64,000 bases of DNA from Minisyncoccota bacterium (GCA_041917695.1 JAYRXE010000037.1:536173-600172); one strand, 5' to 3'. Counted from the stretch's first letter, positions 9,397 to 20,982 are shown. Translations and numbers: made by a program. The notes: generated by a model from the letters alone, not told the origin.

Positions 9397-10062
9397 ATGA
9401 ATAGGATTATTCTAGAGTATAATGAACCGGTGAACAATTTGCTTGAATCGCTGGGCGCGCTTGCGCTCCAGAACCCCGAATGGACGAAATTCATCATCGG
9501 CATCGGCATCCTCATTCAGGGCGAGATAGCGATACTCCTCGCCATGTATCTCATCCTCGGAAACCACGTAAGCTTTTGGGGTTTCGTTGAGGCCTCTCTC
9601 CTCGGCCTCTTCATCGGCGAATTTCTCATCTATGTGGCGGGGAGAACGCTTCGCACCACCCGTTTCGGGTGGAAACTTTCCCGCAAGCTCAAAACGAACC
9701 GCCGGGTCCGGCTGTACAGCTACTACATCACCAAAAACCGTCTGCGGATGCTCTTCCTGGCGAAATTCCTGCCGGGGGTGAATACGCTTTCCATCCTTCT
9801 CCTCGGGTGGATGCGCGTAAAGGTCCCGCAATTTTTCCGCGTGTACATCCCCGCCGCCCTTTTTTGGTTTGTCTCCACGGCTTTCGTCGCCTATTCCATC
9901 GCCGCCGGGTTGCGCTTTCTCAAATCATCCCGGATATTCGAACAGATTGAATTCGTTATCGCCGGCCTTATCGTCGTCTTCTTTATCGCGGAATGGGGGG
10001 TTAAGAAACTCCTCGCGAAGTACGCCCCGACGGACCTGCCGCCCTTCGGCGACGAGAAATAA
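9397..10062 (+). CDS. DedA/SNARE-associated (VTT domain) membrane protein
   Basis: Polytopic membrane protein with DedA-like core; head-to-head with arfB with zero intergenic spacing. Confidence 0.55.
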   Translation: MNRIILEYNEPVNNLLESLGALALQNPEWTKFIIGIGILIQGEIAILLAMYLILGNHVSFWGFVEASLLGLFIGEFLIYVAGRTLRTTRFGWKLSRKLKTNRRVRLYSYYITKNRLRMLFLAKFLPGVNTLSILLLGWMRVKVPQFFRVYIPAALFWFVSTAFVAYSIAAGLRFLKSSRIFEQIEFVIAGLIVVFFIAEWGVKKLLAKYAPTDLPPFGDEK

Positions 10063-10102
10063 TTTTGACAGCTGTCCCCGACCTTCTATTATTTCGATAT
10101 AA

Positions 10103-10174
10103 CCCCTCGTAGCTTAATGGATAAAGCAGGGCTCTTCTAAGGCCTTGATGGGAGTTCGATTCTCTCCGAGGGGG
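10103..10174 (+). tRNA. tRNA-Arg (TCT)
   Basis: Manual fold: acceptor CCCCUCG/CGAGGGG, anticodon loop CUUCUAA, T-loop UUCGAUU; no encoded CCA. Confidence 0.65.
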
Positions 10175-10237
10175 CACGGGCAAAACGGGCCGCTTCATGT
10201 TGCGGAGCGGGAAAAAATAGTTAGAATAAACAAGTTC

Positions 10238-10309
10238 GCCGCGGTAGCTCAGTGGTAGAGCGCAGCCCTGAAGAGGCTGGCGTCGGGGGTCCGATTCCCT
10301 CCCGCGGCA
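10238..10309 (+). tRNA. tRNA-Phe (GAA)
   Basis: Acceptor GCCGCGG/CCGCGGC, D-arm GCUCAGUGGUAGAGC, anticodon loop CUGAAGA. Confidence 0.8.
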
Positions 10310-10356
10310 CAAGCAGTCATTGCCTTTGCGCATCTGTTTGCGGTAGTATGAATTGC

Positions 10357-10428
10357 CGCGGGGAGGAGTAACGGTTGCTCGTCAGGCTCATAACCTGAAG
10401 GTAGTAGGTTCAATTCCTACCCCCGCAA
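10357..10428 (+). tRNA. initiator tRNA-fMet (CAT)
   Basis: Near-identical to E. coli tRNAfMet architecture, including the C1:A72 mismatch (CGCGGGG...CCCCGCA A) and anticodon loop CUCAUAA. Confidence 0.8.
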
Positions 10429-10434
10429 CAAAAT

Positions 10435-10470
10435 ACAAAGTCCCACCTTATTGGTGGGGCTTTGTATTTG
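10435..10470 (+). terminator. intrinsic terminator after tRNA cluster
   Basis: caaagtcccacc-ttat-tggtggggctttg followed by tattt. Confidence 0.65.
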
Positions 10471-10480
10471 CAGGTAGCCC

Positions 10481-10520
10481 AAAACAAACGCCTAGTCGAA
10501 TGACTAGGTGTTTGTTTTCT
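10481..10520 (+). terminator. second tandem hairpin/terminator
   Basis: aacaaacgcctagtc-gaat-gactaggtgtttgtttt. Confidence 0.5.
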
Positions 10521-10528
10521 GGTGCGAG

Positions 10529-11161
10529 TTAGGAGGCTATGTTAGAAGCGTTTTTCACAGATCTTCCCCAATATATTCGGGTAGCTACTAAACATAAACT
10601 AGCATTTGCAAAGATGAGATAGATTTGAAAAGCTGAATTTTCTATATTCCAAACCGGAATAGCCGGTATGATTATTATTGCGCCAACCAAACTTACAAAA
10701 TAGGAATAAACCGTTTCAGTTTCAGGGTAGCTCCACGCTTTAACAAGCGTGGGAACAGTTGCCAATAAGTCAGCAAGGGCGGCGAAAAGAATTGCGGATA
10801 ATGGGGAATCCGCTACAAGCCAGGAGATAATTGCAACAATTGAAAACGCTCCGCAGAGGTAATCAAATCGCCCAATTTTCCAATAGCTTTTGCGTAAGAA
10901 AAGCGCCGTAATAAAAATGACCAATGGTCCGAAGCCAGACATAAATATGCGTACGGATGCCCATCCATCCGCATGAGAAGAAAGTGCCGCCCCGAAAGCA
11001 ATCATAGGAACAGCGCCCCACAACCCCCAGGTAACCAAATTCGGCTTGGTCTTCCCTTGAAACATATCGCGAAGATATGCAAAAAGGCCGGTAAAGCCTA
11101 TTACGACCGATACTATTACGAGCCAGTGGGCAATGGATATCCCCCAAAATAGTTCATCCAT
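10529..11161 (-). CDS. polytopic membrane protein, unknown function
   Basis: 6+ predicted TM helices; AT-rich composition relative to flanks. Confidence 0.5.
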   Translation of the reverse strand: MDELFWGISIAHWLVIVSVVIGFTGLFAYLRDMFQGKTKPNLVTWGLWGAVPMIAFGAALSSHADGWASVRIFMSGFGPLVIFITALFLRKSYWKIGRFDYLCGAFSIVAIISWLVADSPLSAILFAALADLLATVPTLVKAWSYPETETVYSYFVSLVGAIIIIPAIPVWNIENSAFQIYLIFANASLCLVATRIYWGRSVKNASNIAS

Positions 11162-11231
11162 ATGAGTTATTTAACATTACCACAGCTCACGCCCGGCAGA
11201 GGTGTGATTTTTTTGTTTAGATAAAACTTTG

Positions 11232-11305
11232 CGCAGCGGACGGGACTTGAACCCGCGATCTCCGCCGTGACAGGGCGGCGCTTTAACCAGCTAAGCTACC
11301 GCTGC
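11232..11305 (-). tRNA. tRNA-Asp (GTC)
   Basis: Acceptor GCAGCGG/CCGCUGC, anticodon loop CUGUCAC, T-loop UUCAAGU. Confidence 0.8.
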
Positions 11306-11343
11306 AATGCAGCAATTCTGCGCCCGGTTATTCTAACAATTTT

Positions 11344-11814
11344 CTACCCTTTTACAACTTCAGAGTCCCCGAAACGCTTGATAAGGACGACTCCCATTTT
11401 CGGCAATGCCACGAGTTCGGCGAGCGGTTGGAGCTCGACCTTCCCGATTGATTCGCGTGCGTGTATCACTTCCCCGTTCCCCGCGTACATCACCATGTGG
11501 CCGATATACATGTCCCGAGTCGGAAACAGGTTGTCGTTGTAGTGCCCCTGGGGACCGCGCATGAAAAGCAAATCGCCGGCTTCAAGGTTCGAATAATCTT
11601 CGAGCGGGATTATTTCCCTTCCCTGGATATCGGCGGCCTGCAAGATGGTGCTCCGCGGGAGTTGGATGTGGATTTGCTTGTACAGGTATTGGACGAACGA
11701 CGAGCAATCAAATTCATGGGGCGCCTTTTCGGGAGTGGTGCCATACACGTACGGCGTTCCGATAAGCGACTTGGCGATGGTAATGATGGTTTCTTTTTGT
11801 TGTTCCGTAAGCAT
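11344..11814 (-). CDS. NlpC/P60 (C40) family peptidoglycan endopeptidase
   Basis: Catalytic Cys context HEFDCSSFVQYLY with downstream His; start may be 11856 (MRPSS) or 11814 (MLTEQQ). Confidence 0.7.
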   Translation of the reverse strand: MLTEQQKETIITIAKSLIGTPYVYGTTPEKAPHEFDCSSFVQYLYKQIHIQLPRSTILQAADIQGREIIPLEDYSNLEAGDLLFMRGPQGHYNDNLFPTRDMYIGHMVMYAGNGEVIHARESIGKVELQPLAELVALPKMGVVLIKRFGDSEVVKG

Positions 11815-11873
11815 AATGGGTTCCGCAGAGGCATTAAATGCGGATGACGGGCGCATTCACTCATCCGTATCCA

Positions 11874-11947
11874 GTAGCGGGGGCGGGGATCGAACCCGCG
11901 ACCTTAGCGTTATGAATGCTACGCTCTAACCATCTGAGCTACCCCGC
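11874..11947 (-). tRNA. tRNA with CAT anticodon (elongator Met or Ile2/lysidine)
   Basis: Acceptor GGCGGGG/CCCCGCU (G1-U72 wobble), anticodon loop UUCAUAA, T-loop UUCGAUC. Confidence 0.65.
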
Positions 11948-11994
11948 CGTACAAGAATGAATTGTACGGAGTTCGGCTAAAGTCGGCAAGCGAA

Positions 11995-13152
11995 TTATCG
12001 TACGTCCGCCTTAAACTGGCTCTTCGTCTCCTCGTAGAGCTTCGCCTGGAGCGCGTCCACTTCCTCGCTTCGCAAGGTGCGGTCATGGCTTCGATACACC
12101 ACCCGGAAGGTGTAGCTCGTCTTGCCTTCGCCGAACTTCTTCGGGTCGGCGTAGGTGTCGAGAAGCTCGACCTGCTCGATTAAATCGCCTCCGATGTCAC
12201 GGATGAGGTCGAAATAGTTATTTGGCTCGAAACCACTTGCAACCACGAAGGAAATGTCGCGGGTGATGGGCGGAAATTTGCTCACCTCCTTGAATTTGCT
12301 TCCTAAAACGAGCTGGGCTTTCACCCGTTCGTCCGTGGAGCGGAGGAGGCGGATGTCGGGAAGTTCCATGCTGATCATGGCGAGGCGTTCAAGGCCGAAT
12401 CCGAATGCCCAGCCGTTATAGCCTTCCAAGCCGAGTTTTTGCAATACTTCCGGGCGCGCCATTCCCCCGCCCAGCACCTCCAGCCATTCGCCGTCCTTTT
12501 GTATTTCCATCTCAAGCGACGGATCCGTGTACGGGAACGTGTCATGGTTGAACCGGAACACCGTGCTTCCGCCGAAGGTTGCCTTCGCGATCTTTCCCAA
12601 GATATCCTTCAAATCTTCGACGGTCACCGTCTTTTTTTCATTCGGCTCCAAGTAGAGGCCGTCCATCTGATGGAAGACGTTCAAGTGAAACCGGTCTATC
12701 TCGTCCTTGCGGTACACCTTGCCGTAGGAAAGGAGGCCGAGCGGTTCTTTCGCTTTTATCTTCGCCTGGGTCTCGGGAAGCTGGAGATAGTAGAGCCACA
12801 TCACGGTCGTGTGCGTGCGGAGAATATGCTCTGCATCCACGAAGTACGTGTCCGACGGCTTCCGAGCCGGATGGTCCGGCGGGAAGTTGAACAAATCGAA
12901 ACTTTCATCCGCGCGGACGATCTCCGGGGATTCCACATGGTCGAAATTCGAAAGCTCGTCTATTTTCCTGATGCGCGAAACAAGCTCCCGAATGGGGCTC
13001 CCCTCCTCCCGCGTGAGGTCGGAAAGGGAAAGAAAGCGCGCAAGGCGCATTTTATCGGGGTCCTGTGAGGTTTCCACCTCTTTCCGGAGGCCGTCTTCCT
13101 TCGGATTCGTTACGACCCGGTCTATTACGTGCGAGTTTTCGAAAAGCGGCAT
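11995..13152 (-). CDS. pheS: phenylalanine--tRNA ligase, PheS-type catalytic core fused to a C-terminal FDX-ACB anticodon-binding domain (monomeric, mitochondrial-like architecture)
   Basis: Class II motifs FPPDHPARKPSDTYFV and GFGLERLAMI; ~100 extra C-terminal residues DISFVVASGFEP...GEGKTSYTFRVVYRSHDRTLRSEEVDA matching the FDX-ACB fold. Confidence 0.75.
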   Translation of the reverse strand: MPLFENSHVIDRVVTNPKEDGLRKEVETSQDPDKMRLARFLSLSDLTREEGSPIRELVSRIRKIDELSNFDHVESPEIVRADESFDLFNFPPDHPARKPSDTYFVDAEHILRTHTTVMWLYYLQLPETQAKIKAKEPLGLLSYGKVYRKDEIDRFHLNVFHQMDGLYLEPNEKKTVTVEDLKDILGKIAKATFGGSTVFRFNHDTFPYTDPSLEMEIQKDGEWLEVLGGGMARPEVLQKLGLEGYNGWAFGFGLERLAMISMELPDIRLLRSTDERVKAQLVLGSKFKEVSKFPPITRDISFVVASGFEPNNYFDLIRDIGGDLIEQVELLDTYADPKKFGEGKTSYTFRVVYRSHDRTLRSEEVDALQAKLYEETKSQFKADVR

Positions 13153-13195
13153 TTCTTGATAATAGAAAAAAACAAGGAATTATCAAGAAAAAATA
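13153..13195 (-). promoter_or_regulatory. pheS promoter region with 11-bp inverted repeat (TTCTTGATAAT / ATTATCAAGAA)
   Basis: Minus-strand reading TTGATA-N16-TATTAT placed ~9 nt before the ATG; perfect IR arms. Confidence 0.35.
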
Positions 13196-13217
13196 AAAAG
13201 ACGCTTTGCAGCGTCTT
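13195..13217 (-). terminator. intrinsic terminator downstream of NUDIX gene
   Basis: aagacgc-tttgca-gcgtctt with U-run on minus strand. Confidence 0.5.
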
Positions 13218-13281
13218 GGTTATGCGATGAAGCACCAAACCTGCCCGCATTCCTACGCAAAGCGTTGCAGGCGGGCGGCTC

Positions 13282-13809
13282 TTAATCTTCGGGAAACCCG
13301 GGAACAATTTCCACTTCCGATTCGCGGTATTTCGCTGTTTGGCCTTTCAGCATGTAGGTCGAGGCGCGCACGTGCTTTCCGGCGAGGACATGCGGAAGCC
13401 AATCCTGGTCGGGAGGCATCATTTCTTCCCATGGAACGTCTTCCGGCAAAAACCACGTCGGGGTTTTCATCTCTTCCGTCTCTTTTGGCTCCCCCGTCCA
13501 GGAGTCCAATACGTAGGCGAAAAGTTCCAGAACGAATTCCCCGCCGGTATCTTTCTTATTGTGGCAGTGAACGATTCCCTTGAGCTTTAAATTGCTCGGT
13601 TCACTCGCCACGCCCGCTTCTTCCCGCAACTCGCGGACGGTCGCTTCGCGGAGTGATTCGTTTCCTTCAACTCCCCCGCCATAACCGTTCCAGGCTCCTT
13701 CTCCGATTTTCCGCTCTCCTCCCGCACTCCGGGGCTTTTTTGCCAAAAGCACCTTCCCGTCCTTGAGGAGATACACGACGGTCGCTTTTTTCAGTACTTT
13801 CTCTTCCAT
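13282..13809 (-). CDS. NUDIX hydrolase (MutT-like)
   Basis: NUDIX box GGGVEGNESLREATVRELREEAGV. Confidence 0.75.
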   Translation of the reverse strand: MEEKVLKKATVVYLLKDGKVLLAKKPRSAGGERKIGEGAWNGYGGGVEGNESLREATVRELREEAGVASEPSNLKLKGIVHCHNKKDTGGEFVLELFAYVLDSWTGEPKETEEMKTPTWFLPEDVPWEEMMPPDQDWLPHVLAGKHVRASTYMLKGQTAKYRESEVEIVPGFPED

Positions 13810-13909
13810 CTCTATGGTTTTAATTTAACAAATCTCGTTCAAGCCTAATACCCGTGGCTCGTACGGTCAAAGAAAATAAAAACCCGGTATAATCGGGTTT
13901 TCAATTTGG

Positions 13910-14320
13910 TTAGTGGGGAACTACTTCGTCGGTATATACCACGCGTAATTTTCTTTTCTTCTTAATCAGCTCATCAACATCTTCTTCATTCAGTAAGAGA
14001 TATTCTTCGTGATTATCTACATATCCAACTTCATCTGATTTGTATGCTCTCTTTTTTTCTTCATTATAAATAAAAATCAATGAACGCGGTTTACACTCTT
14101 TTCCATCAATTGCGGGTGAGAGAAGCTCAACTGCCTTGTGATATGCTTCGATACTATCGAAAACTACTACTCTTTTTTCCCTTTCGATAGTCACAAAATA
14201 GATCAAATCTGTCACAACCTGAATAAGATACAAGGACCCGATTTTAAACCCTACCAAGTTTCTCCAAAGTGGAGGATAGTCCCGGGGGGCTTTTTTCATT
14301 TTATGATGCGGAATTTTCAT
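13910..14320 (-). CDS. hypothetical protein (AT-rich islet)
   Basis: ORF in low-GC segment; own promoter copy upstream; no recognisable domain. Confidence 0.4.
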   Translation of the reverse strand: MKIPHHKMKKAPRDYPPLWRNLVGFKIGSLYLIQVVTDLIYFVTIEREKRVVVFDSIEAYHKAVELLSPAIDGKECKPRSLIFIYNEEKKRAYKSDEVGYVDNHEEYLLLNEEDVDELIKKKRKLRVVYTDEVVPH

Positions 14321-14357
14321 TTCTCTCCTTTTTTTGTTATAAATTTATGCTGAAAAT

Positions 14358-14387
14358 AAAATACCACGCATTTGGGATATTAGTCAA
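14358..14387 (-). promoter_or_regulatory. sigma70-like promoter (TTGACT-N18-TATTTT, TG-extended), copy 1
   Basis: Shares ~25/30 nt with the copy at 14814-14843; read on minus strand. Confidence 0.5.
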
Positions 14388-14471
14388 GAAAATCTGAGTT
14401 TTAGATATCTTAAGCTAGACTTGAGGCGAGGAAATAAAAAGAAGGGCTTAGCCCTTCCTGAAAATAAGAAA

Positions 14472-14774
14472 TTAACACCCTCCTCCATCTGAGGTTAGCT
14501 TAAAATCACACGGACCTCCAAGAGAAATAAAGAAAGCGTCAAAATGATAAGTTCCATAAAAATAAATTTTCCCCCAACCCAATTTTTCGTAAGTGCTGGA
14601 AATTTCTTTTTTAATAGAGTCCGAAACATCTTTTAATTTGAAATCAAATAAATTAATTCGGATATTGTTTTTTGTAGGTTGAGGCTTTAATTTATTTTGA
14701 TTAAGAAAATTATTAATTTTCTCTTCTAAAACCTCGCTAGAAACTGCGGAATTGCTTAATTCATTTGTACTCAT
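14472..14774 (-). CDS. hypothetical protein (AT-rich islet)
   Basis: ORF in low-GC segment, preceded by the duplicated promoter. Confidence 0.4.
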   Translation of the reverse strand: MSTNELSNSAVSSEVLEEKINNFLNQNKLKPQPTKNNIRINLFDFKLKDVSDSIKKEISSTYEKLGWGKIYFYGTYHFDAFFISLGGPCDFKLTSDGGGC

Positions 14775-14813
14775 ATCACTCCTTTTTAGTTAGTAAAATA
14801 TAAACTAAAAAAC

Positions 14814-14843
14814 AAAATACCACGCGTTTGTGGTATTTGTCAA
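14814..14843 (-). promoter_or_regulatory. sigma70-like promoter (TTGACA-N18-TATTTT) with internal perfect IR ATACCAC-N6-GTGGTAT, copy 2
   Basis: -10 element ~40 nt upstream of ATG 14774. Confidence 0.5.
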
Positions 14844-14872
14844 CCTAATTCCTACGCGCGCCTGAGGAATTA

Positions 14873-16342
14873 TTACCCTCTCAAAAACTTTTCGTAATAA
14901 TCCCCGAGCGCCAATACGTCCCCGTCCTTGAAGCGCTTGCCGATGATCTGAAGCCCTATCGGAAGCTCCCCACTGCCAGGAGTATATTTTTTGAGCGGCA
15001 CGGAAAGTGCCGGAAGGCCGGCGAGATTCGCGGGAATGGTGAGCGCGTCCGCCGCGTACATCTCGAGCGGGTCATCTGTCTTCTCGCCAAACTTAAAAGC
15101 CGCGGTCGGGGCCGTGGGAGCAAGCAAAGCATCAACGTCCTCAAAGACCTTTTCGAATTCGCGGGAAATCACCTCCCGCACCTTTTCCGCCTTCTTGTAA
15201 TACGCATCGTAATAGCCGGCGGAAAGCACATAGGTCCCGAGCAAAATTCGCCGTTTTGTCTCATCGCCCAGGCCATACCCGCGCGCAGCGGCGTATTTCT
15301 CCTCAAGGTTCGAAAAGGCGATCCCCTCCCCGTTTACGCCGTTTAAAAGCTTCGGGTAGCGGATGCCGTCGAAGCGCGCGAGGTTCGCGGACACTTCGGC
15401 AGGCACGATGATGTAATAGGTCGAAAGGGCGTACTTCGTATGCGGGAGGCTCACGCGCTTTATCTCGAATCCATCCGCTTTGAATTTTTCTATGGCGCCT
15501 TCTACGGCCTCCTTCACCTCCGCTGAAACGCCATCAGAGAAATATTCATCCGGAATGCCGAGACGGAGCTTTTTCACTTCGGAAACTCCGGGGACGTTCA
15601 GAGACGCCCCCACCGATGTTGCGTCGAATTCGTCATCCCCTTCAATGCATTTGAAGATCTCGAGCGCATCCTCGACGGAATTCGCCACGGGACCGATCTG
15701 GTCGAGGCTCGATGCCATCGCGATAAGCCCAAAACGGGAAACCGCTCCGTACGTAGGCTTGAATCCGACGACGCCGCAAAAGGCGGCGGGCTGGCGGATC
15801 GAGCCTCCGGTGTCCGAACCGAGCGCGGCAAGCGCAAAGTGCGCGGCGACCGCTGCCGTCGATCCACCCGAGGAACCTCCCGGCACGCGCGAAACGTCAT
15901 GCGGATTCTTGGTCGGGCCATAAGCGGAATTCTCGGTCGAAGCACCCATCGCGAATTCATCGAGGTTTGTTTTCCCCAAGATAATCGCGCCCGCATCAAT
16001 CAGCCGTTTCACGACGGAAGCATCATAGGCGCTTACGTACTCCTCGAGAATCTTCGAAGCGGCGGTCGTTTTCTTTCCGCGGACGAGAAGATTGTCCTTG
16101 AGCGCCACGGGAACACCGGCGAGGGGCGGAAGCGCATCTCCCTTCGCAATCCGCTCATCGACTGCGCGGGCGGCCGCAAGCGCCTCTTCCTCGAAGACGG
16201 AAAGGTATGCATGGATACCGCCGTCTTCCTTCTTCATCGCATCAAGGTACGCCGACACGCCCTCCACGGCCGAAAAGCGCTTCTCCCTGAGCGCCTTCGC
16301 GTATTCCGCTATTGAAAGCTCGCGAATGTCCATCCCGTTCAT
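14873..16342 (-). CDS. gatA: Glu-tRNA(Gln)/Asp-tRNA(Asn) amidotransferase subunit A
   Basis: Amidase signature GGSSGGSTAAVAA..GSDTGGSIRQPAAFCG. Confidence 0.9.
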   Translation of the reverse strand: MNGMDIRELSIAEYAKALREKRFSAVEGVSAYLDAMKKEDGGIHAYLSVFEEEALAAARAVDERIAKGDALPPLAGVPVALKDNLLVRGKKTTAASKILEEYVSAYDASVVKRLIDAGAIILGKTNLDEFAMGASTENSAYGPTKNPHDVSRVPGGSSGGSTAAVAAHFALAALGSDTGGSIRQPAAFCGVVGFKPTYGAVSRFGLIAMASSLDQIGPVANSVEDALEIFKCIEGDDEFDATSVGASLNVPGVSEVKKLRLGIPDEYFSDGVSAEVKEAVEGAIEKFKADGFEIKRVSLPHTKYALSTYYIIVPAEVSANLARFDGIRYPKLLNGVNGEGIAFSNLEEKYAAARGYGLGDETKRRILLGTYVLSAGYYDAYYKKAEKVREVISREFEKVFEDVDALLAPTAPTAAFKFGEKTDDPLEMYAADALTIPANLAGLPALSVPLKKYTPGSGELPIGLQIIGKRFKDGDVLALGDYYEKFLRG

Positions 16343-16488
16343 GAAAGTAAATCTCCATTCATCGGATGAATGGGATTTCCGTATGTTGCGACTTTTACGG
16401 TATTGAAAATAATTTTCATTTGAAATAAGCGTTTTATTATGGAATTAGAATTTGATACACCGAGCAACATGTTCATGAACGGGATCCA

Positions 16489-16806
16489 CTAATCTTTTTT
16501 CTTATGCTCCAAGACGCCCGGTACCTTCAAATATCCCTTCGCCTCGGCCGGAAACGCCGCGATCGCATCCGTCCCGTCGAGCGCATTGCCTTCCGCATCG
16601 CTCCGGTACGCATTTCTGCCCGCATATCCCCCGCTCACCCGCTCGACGCCTTCGGTATCCACCTCGCTTAATTCCTCGACGTGCGCCAAAATCCGCTTCA
16701 AATCCTCAACGAGCTTCGGTTCCTTGTTTTTTTTCTCATCCTCGGAAAGCCCGATGCGCGCAAGCGCAAGGAGTTTCTCGATGGTCTCTTTGGTTATCTC
16801 GGCCAT
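16489..16806 (-). CDS. gatC: amidotransferase subunit C
   Basis: ~105 aa, LARIGLSEDE...LKRILAHVEEL pattern, immediately upstream of gatA. Confidence 0.75.
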   Translation of the reverse strand: MAEITKETIEKLLALARIGLSEDEKKNKEPKLVEDLKRILAHVEELSEVDTEGVERVSGGYAGRNAYRSDAEGNALDGTDAIAAFPAEAKGYLKVPGVLEHKKKD

Positions 16807-16836
16807 TGGCTTATGGGTTTCACCTTAACACCCATC

Positions 16837-19305
<2,469 letters not shown>

Positions 19306-19327
<22 letters not shown>

Positions 19328-19884
19328 TCATGCGGGTCTCCGACGATTTCCCGCGGCAACACGCGCGAGCTCACGGTTGTCTGGATGGCAAGCGGAGGCG
19401 TCGAGGTGCTTTCGCGGGGGGCAACCTCCATGGCGATAGTCACCCGCTCCGGGTTGCACGCATAGTCGTCGAATTGGACGCGTGTAAAGCACAGGCTCCG
19501 CACTTCGACATTTGAAGCGGTAAGCTCAAGCGGAACGTCTTCCCCTTCCTGCCGCACCACCGTCCCGTTTTCTGCGAGGTAAAACCTCGTTTCGGTATTC
19601 CGCTGGCCGTTGAAGAACGCGAGCACGCTTCCGGAGCCCAAGGGACATTCGCCCGTCTCGCCTTCCTGCACCAAAAAATCGTACCCCGTACGCGATTCCC
19701 GCGCCATTTGCTCCATGACGAGGCCTGCGTTATTTGAAACAGCCATGATCTGCTGGAGGAGCCGCTGGTTTTTGACGGCGGAGATGAAAATACCCGTCAT
19801 CACCGTCGAAACGACGGTAAACAGCCCCACGCCTACGAGAAGCTCCGTCGTCGTAAAACCCGATTGGTTGCGTATCTGTTTCAT
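19306..19884 (-). CDS. type IV minor pilin / pseudopilin (prepilin N-terminal methylation domain)
   Basis: SGFTTTELLVGVGLFTVV class III signal. Confidence 0.7.
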
Positions 19885-20414
19885 TGGTCTTCAGCCCGCC
19901 AATTCGTAAAAATCGTGTCGAGCGTCACCCGCTTGGGTTTCCCCCGTTCCTGCCACTCGACGACCGAGGATACCTGCAATTCATCGGGGGAGGCTTCGTC
20001 TTTTGAGACGATAAGCGTGCGCGTGAACGGCGTGGGCGCGCCCCCTGAATAGCCGATGAGGCCCGTCTCCTCATTCCTGTCCAAAAAGCGCGTAGACGTC
20101 GCGCCTCCAAGCGCCACCAAGGTCGTGCGGTTCGAATCATACGCGACTTCGTACGTGCCGTAATCGAACGTGCCAAGCGTGTCGCTCCAGGCAAATCCGG
20201 GGTCAACCGTGTCCGTGTCGACGATGTTCTTGGCTATCTCCAGCCCTTCCGCCGCAAGATACGTTCCTTCCGTCTTCAGGTACGCTTCCTTGTTCTGGCG
20301 AATCGAGGTGGAAATAAGCGAAAAAATACCCAACAGCCCGATGAGAATGAGGGAAATCGAAACGATGGATTCAATGAGAATATTTCCTTTCCGGGATGCG
20401 AGAAGATGCGCCAT
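19881..20414 (-). CDS. type IV minor pilin-like protein
   Basis: KGNILIESIVSISLILIGLL prepilin-like N-terminus; 4-bp overlap with next gene. Confidence 0.6.
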   Translation of the reverse strand: MAHLLASRKGNILIESIVSISLILIGLLGIFSLISTSIRQNKEAYLKTEGTYLAAEGLEIAKNIVDTDTVDPGFAWSDTLGTFDYGTYEVAYDSNRTTLVALGGATSTRFLDRNEETGLIGYSGGAPTPFTRTLIVSKDEASPDELQVSSVVEWQERGKPKRVTLDTIFTNWRAEDQ

Positions 20415-20419
20415 GGCAA

Positions 20420-20950
20420 TTAATGGAGGATGACCGCTCCCCCCGCGGTAACTTCGACCCCCGCCGTTTCTTCCGGCTTGTCCTTCAAAGCGATCGCAAG
20501 CGTGAGCGGGTTCCGCGTCGTAAGATACGGCGATTCGAAAATAATGATGTCACTGCCCGCTGTGGCGAATTGGACGTTGGGATTCAGGAGAAAGGTTTCC
20601 GTGGGCGCGCCGATTTCCACGCATTCCCCGCCGTCTTCAAGTCGCGTAACCGGCAACAGGCTGTACGTGCCGACGGGCTCGTTGAAAAGGAATGCAAAGC
20701 CGCATATCGAACCTTCGTTCGCCTTGTACCGCTGGAGGGCGAGCGACTTCGCGCGATTCAAAACTCCGCCGATTTTCGCCTGCTCGGTCGAAAGCACCAG
20801 GCGGTTCCCGCCGGTCTGGGTGAACGCGATAAGCATGCTCGACGTGATAATCATGATGGTCGCGGTGATGGCCATTTCGACCAGCGTAAAACCCGCCCGG
20901 GAGGCGCGGTTCTTTTTTTTATGGAATCTCAGGAATGCGATCTTCCGCAT
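20420..20950 (-). CDS. type IV minor pilin (GspH/FimT-like)
   Basis: AGFTLVEMAITATIMII prepilin N-terminus. Confidence 0.7.
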   Translation of the reverse strand: MRKIAFLRFHKKKNRASRAGFTLVEMAITATIMIITSSMLIAFTQTGGNRLVLSTEQAKIGGVLNRAKSLALQRYKANEGSICGFAFLFNEPVGTYSLLPVTRLEDGGECVEIGAPTETFLLNPNVQFATAGSDIIIFESPYLTTRNPLTLAIALKDKPEETAGVEVTAGGAVILH

Positions 20951-20982
20951 AAATCCTTTCTATTCTACCACGCTCTTCGGAC

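Noticed and set aside
11267-11542. 91-aa + strand ORF
   Set aside because: Overlaps tRNA-Asp and the NlpC/P60 gene on the opposite strand.
16353-16371. Perfect 9-bp palindrome CCATTCATC-G-GATGAATGG just upstream of the gatA start
   Set aside because: Likely a simple hairpin or RBS-occluding structure between gatC and gatA; no further evidence of function.
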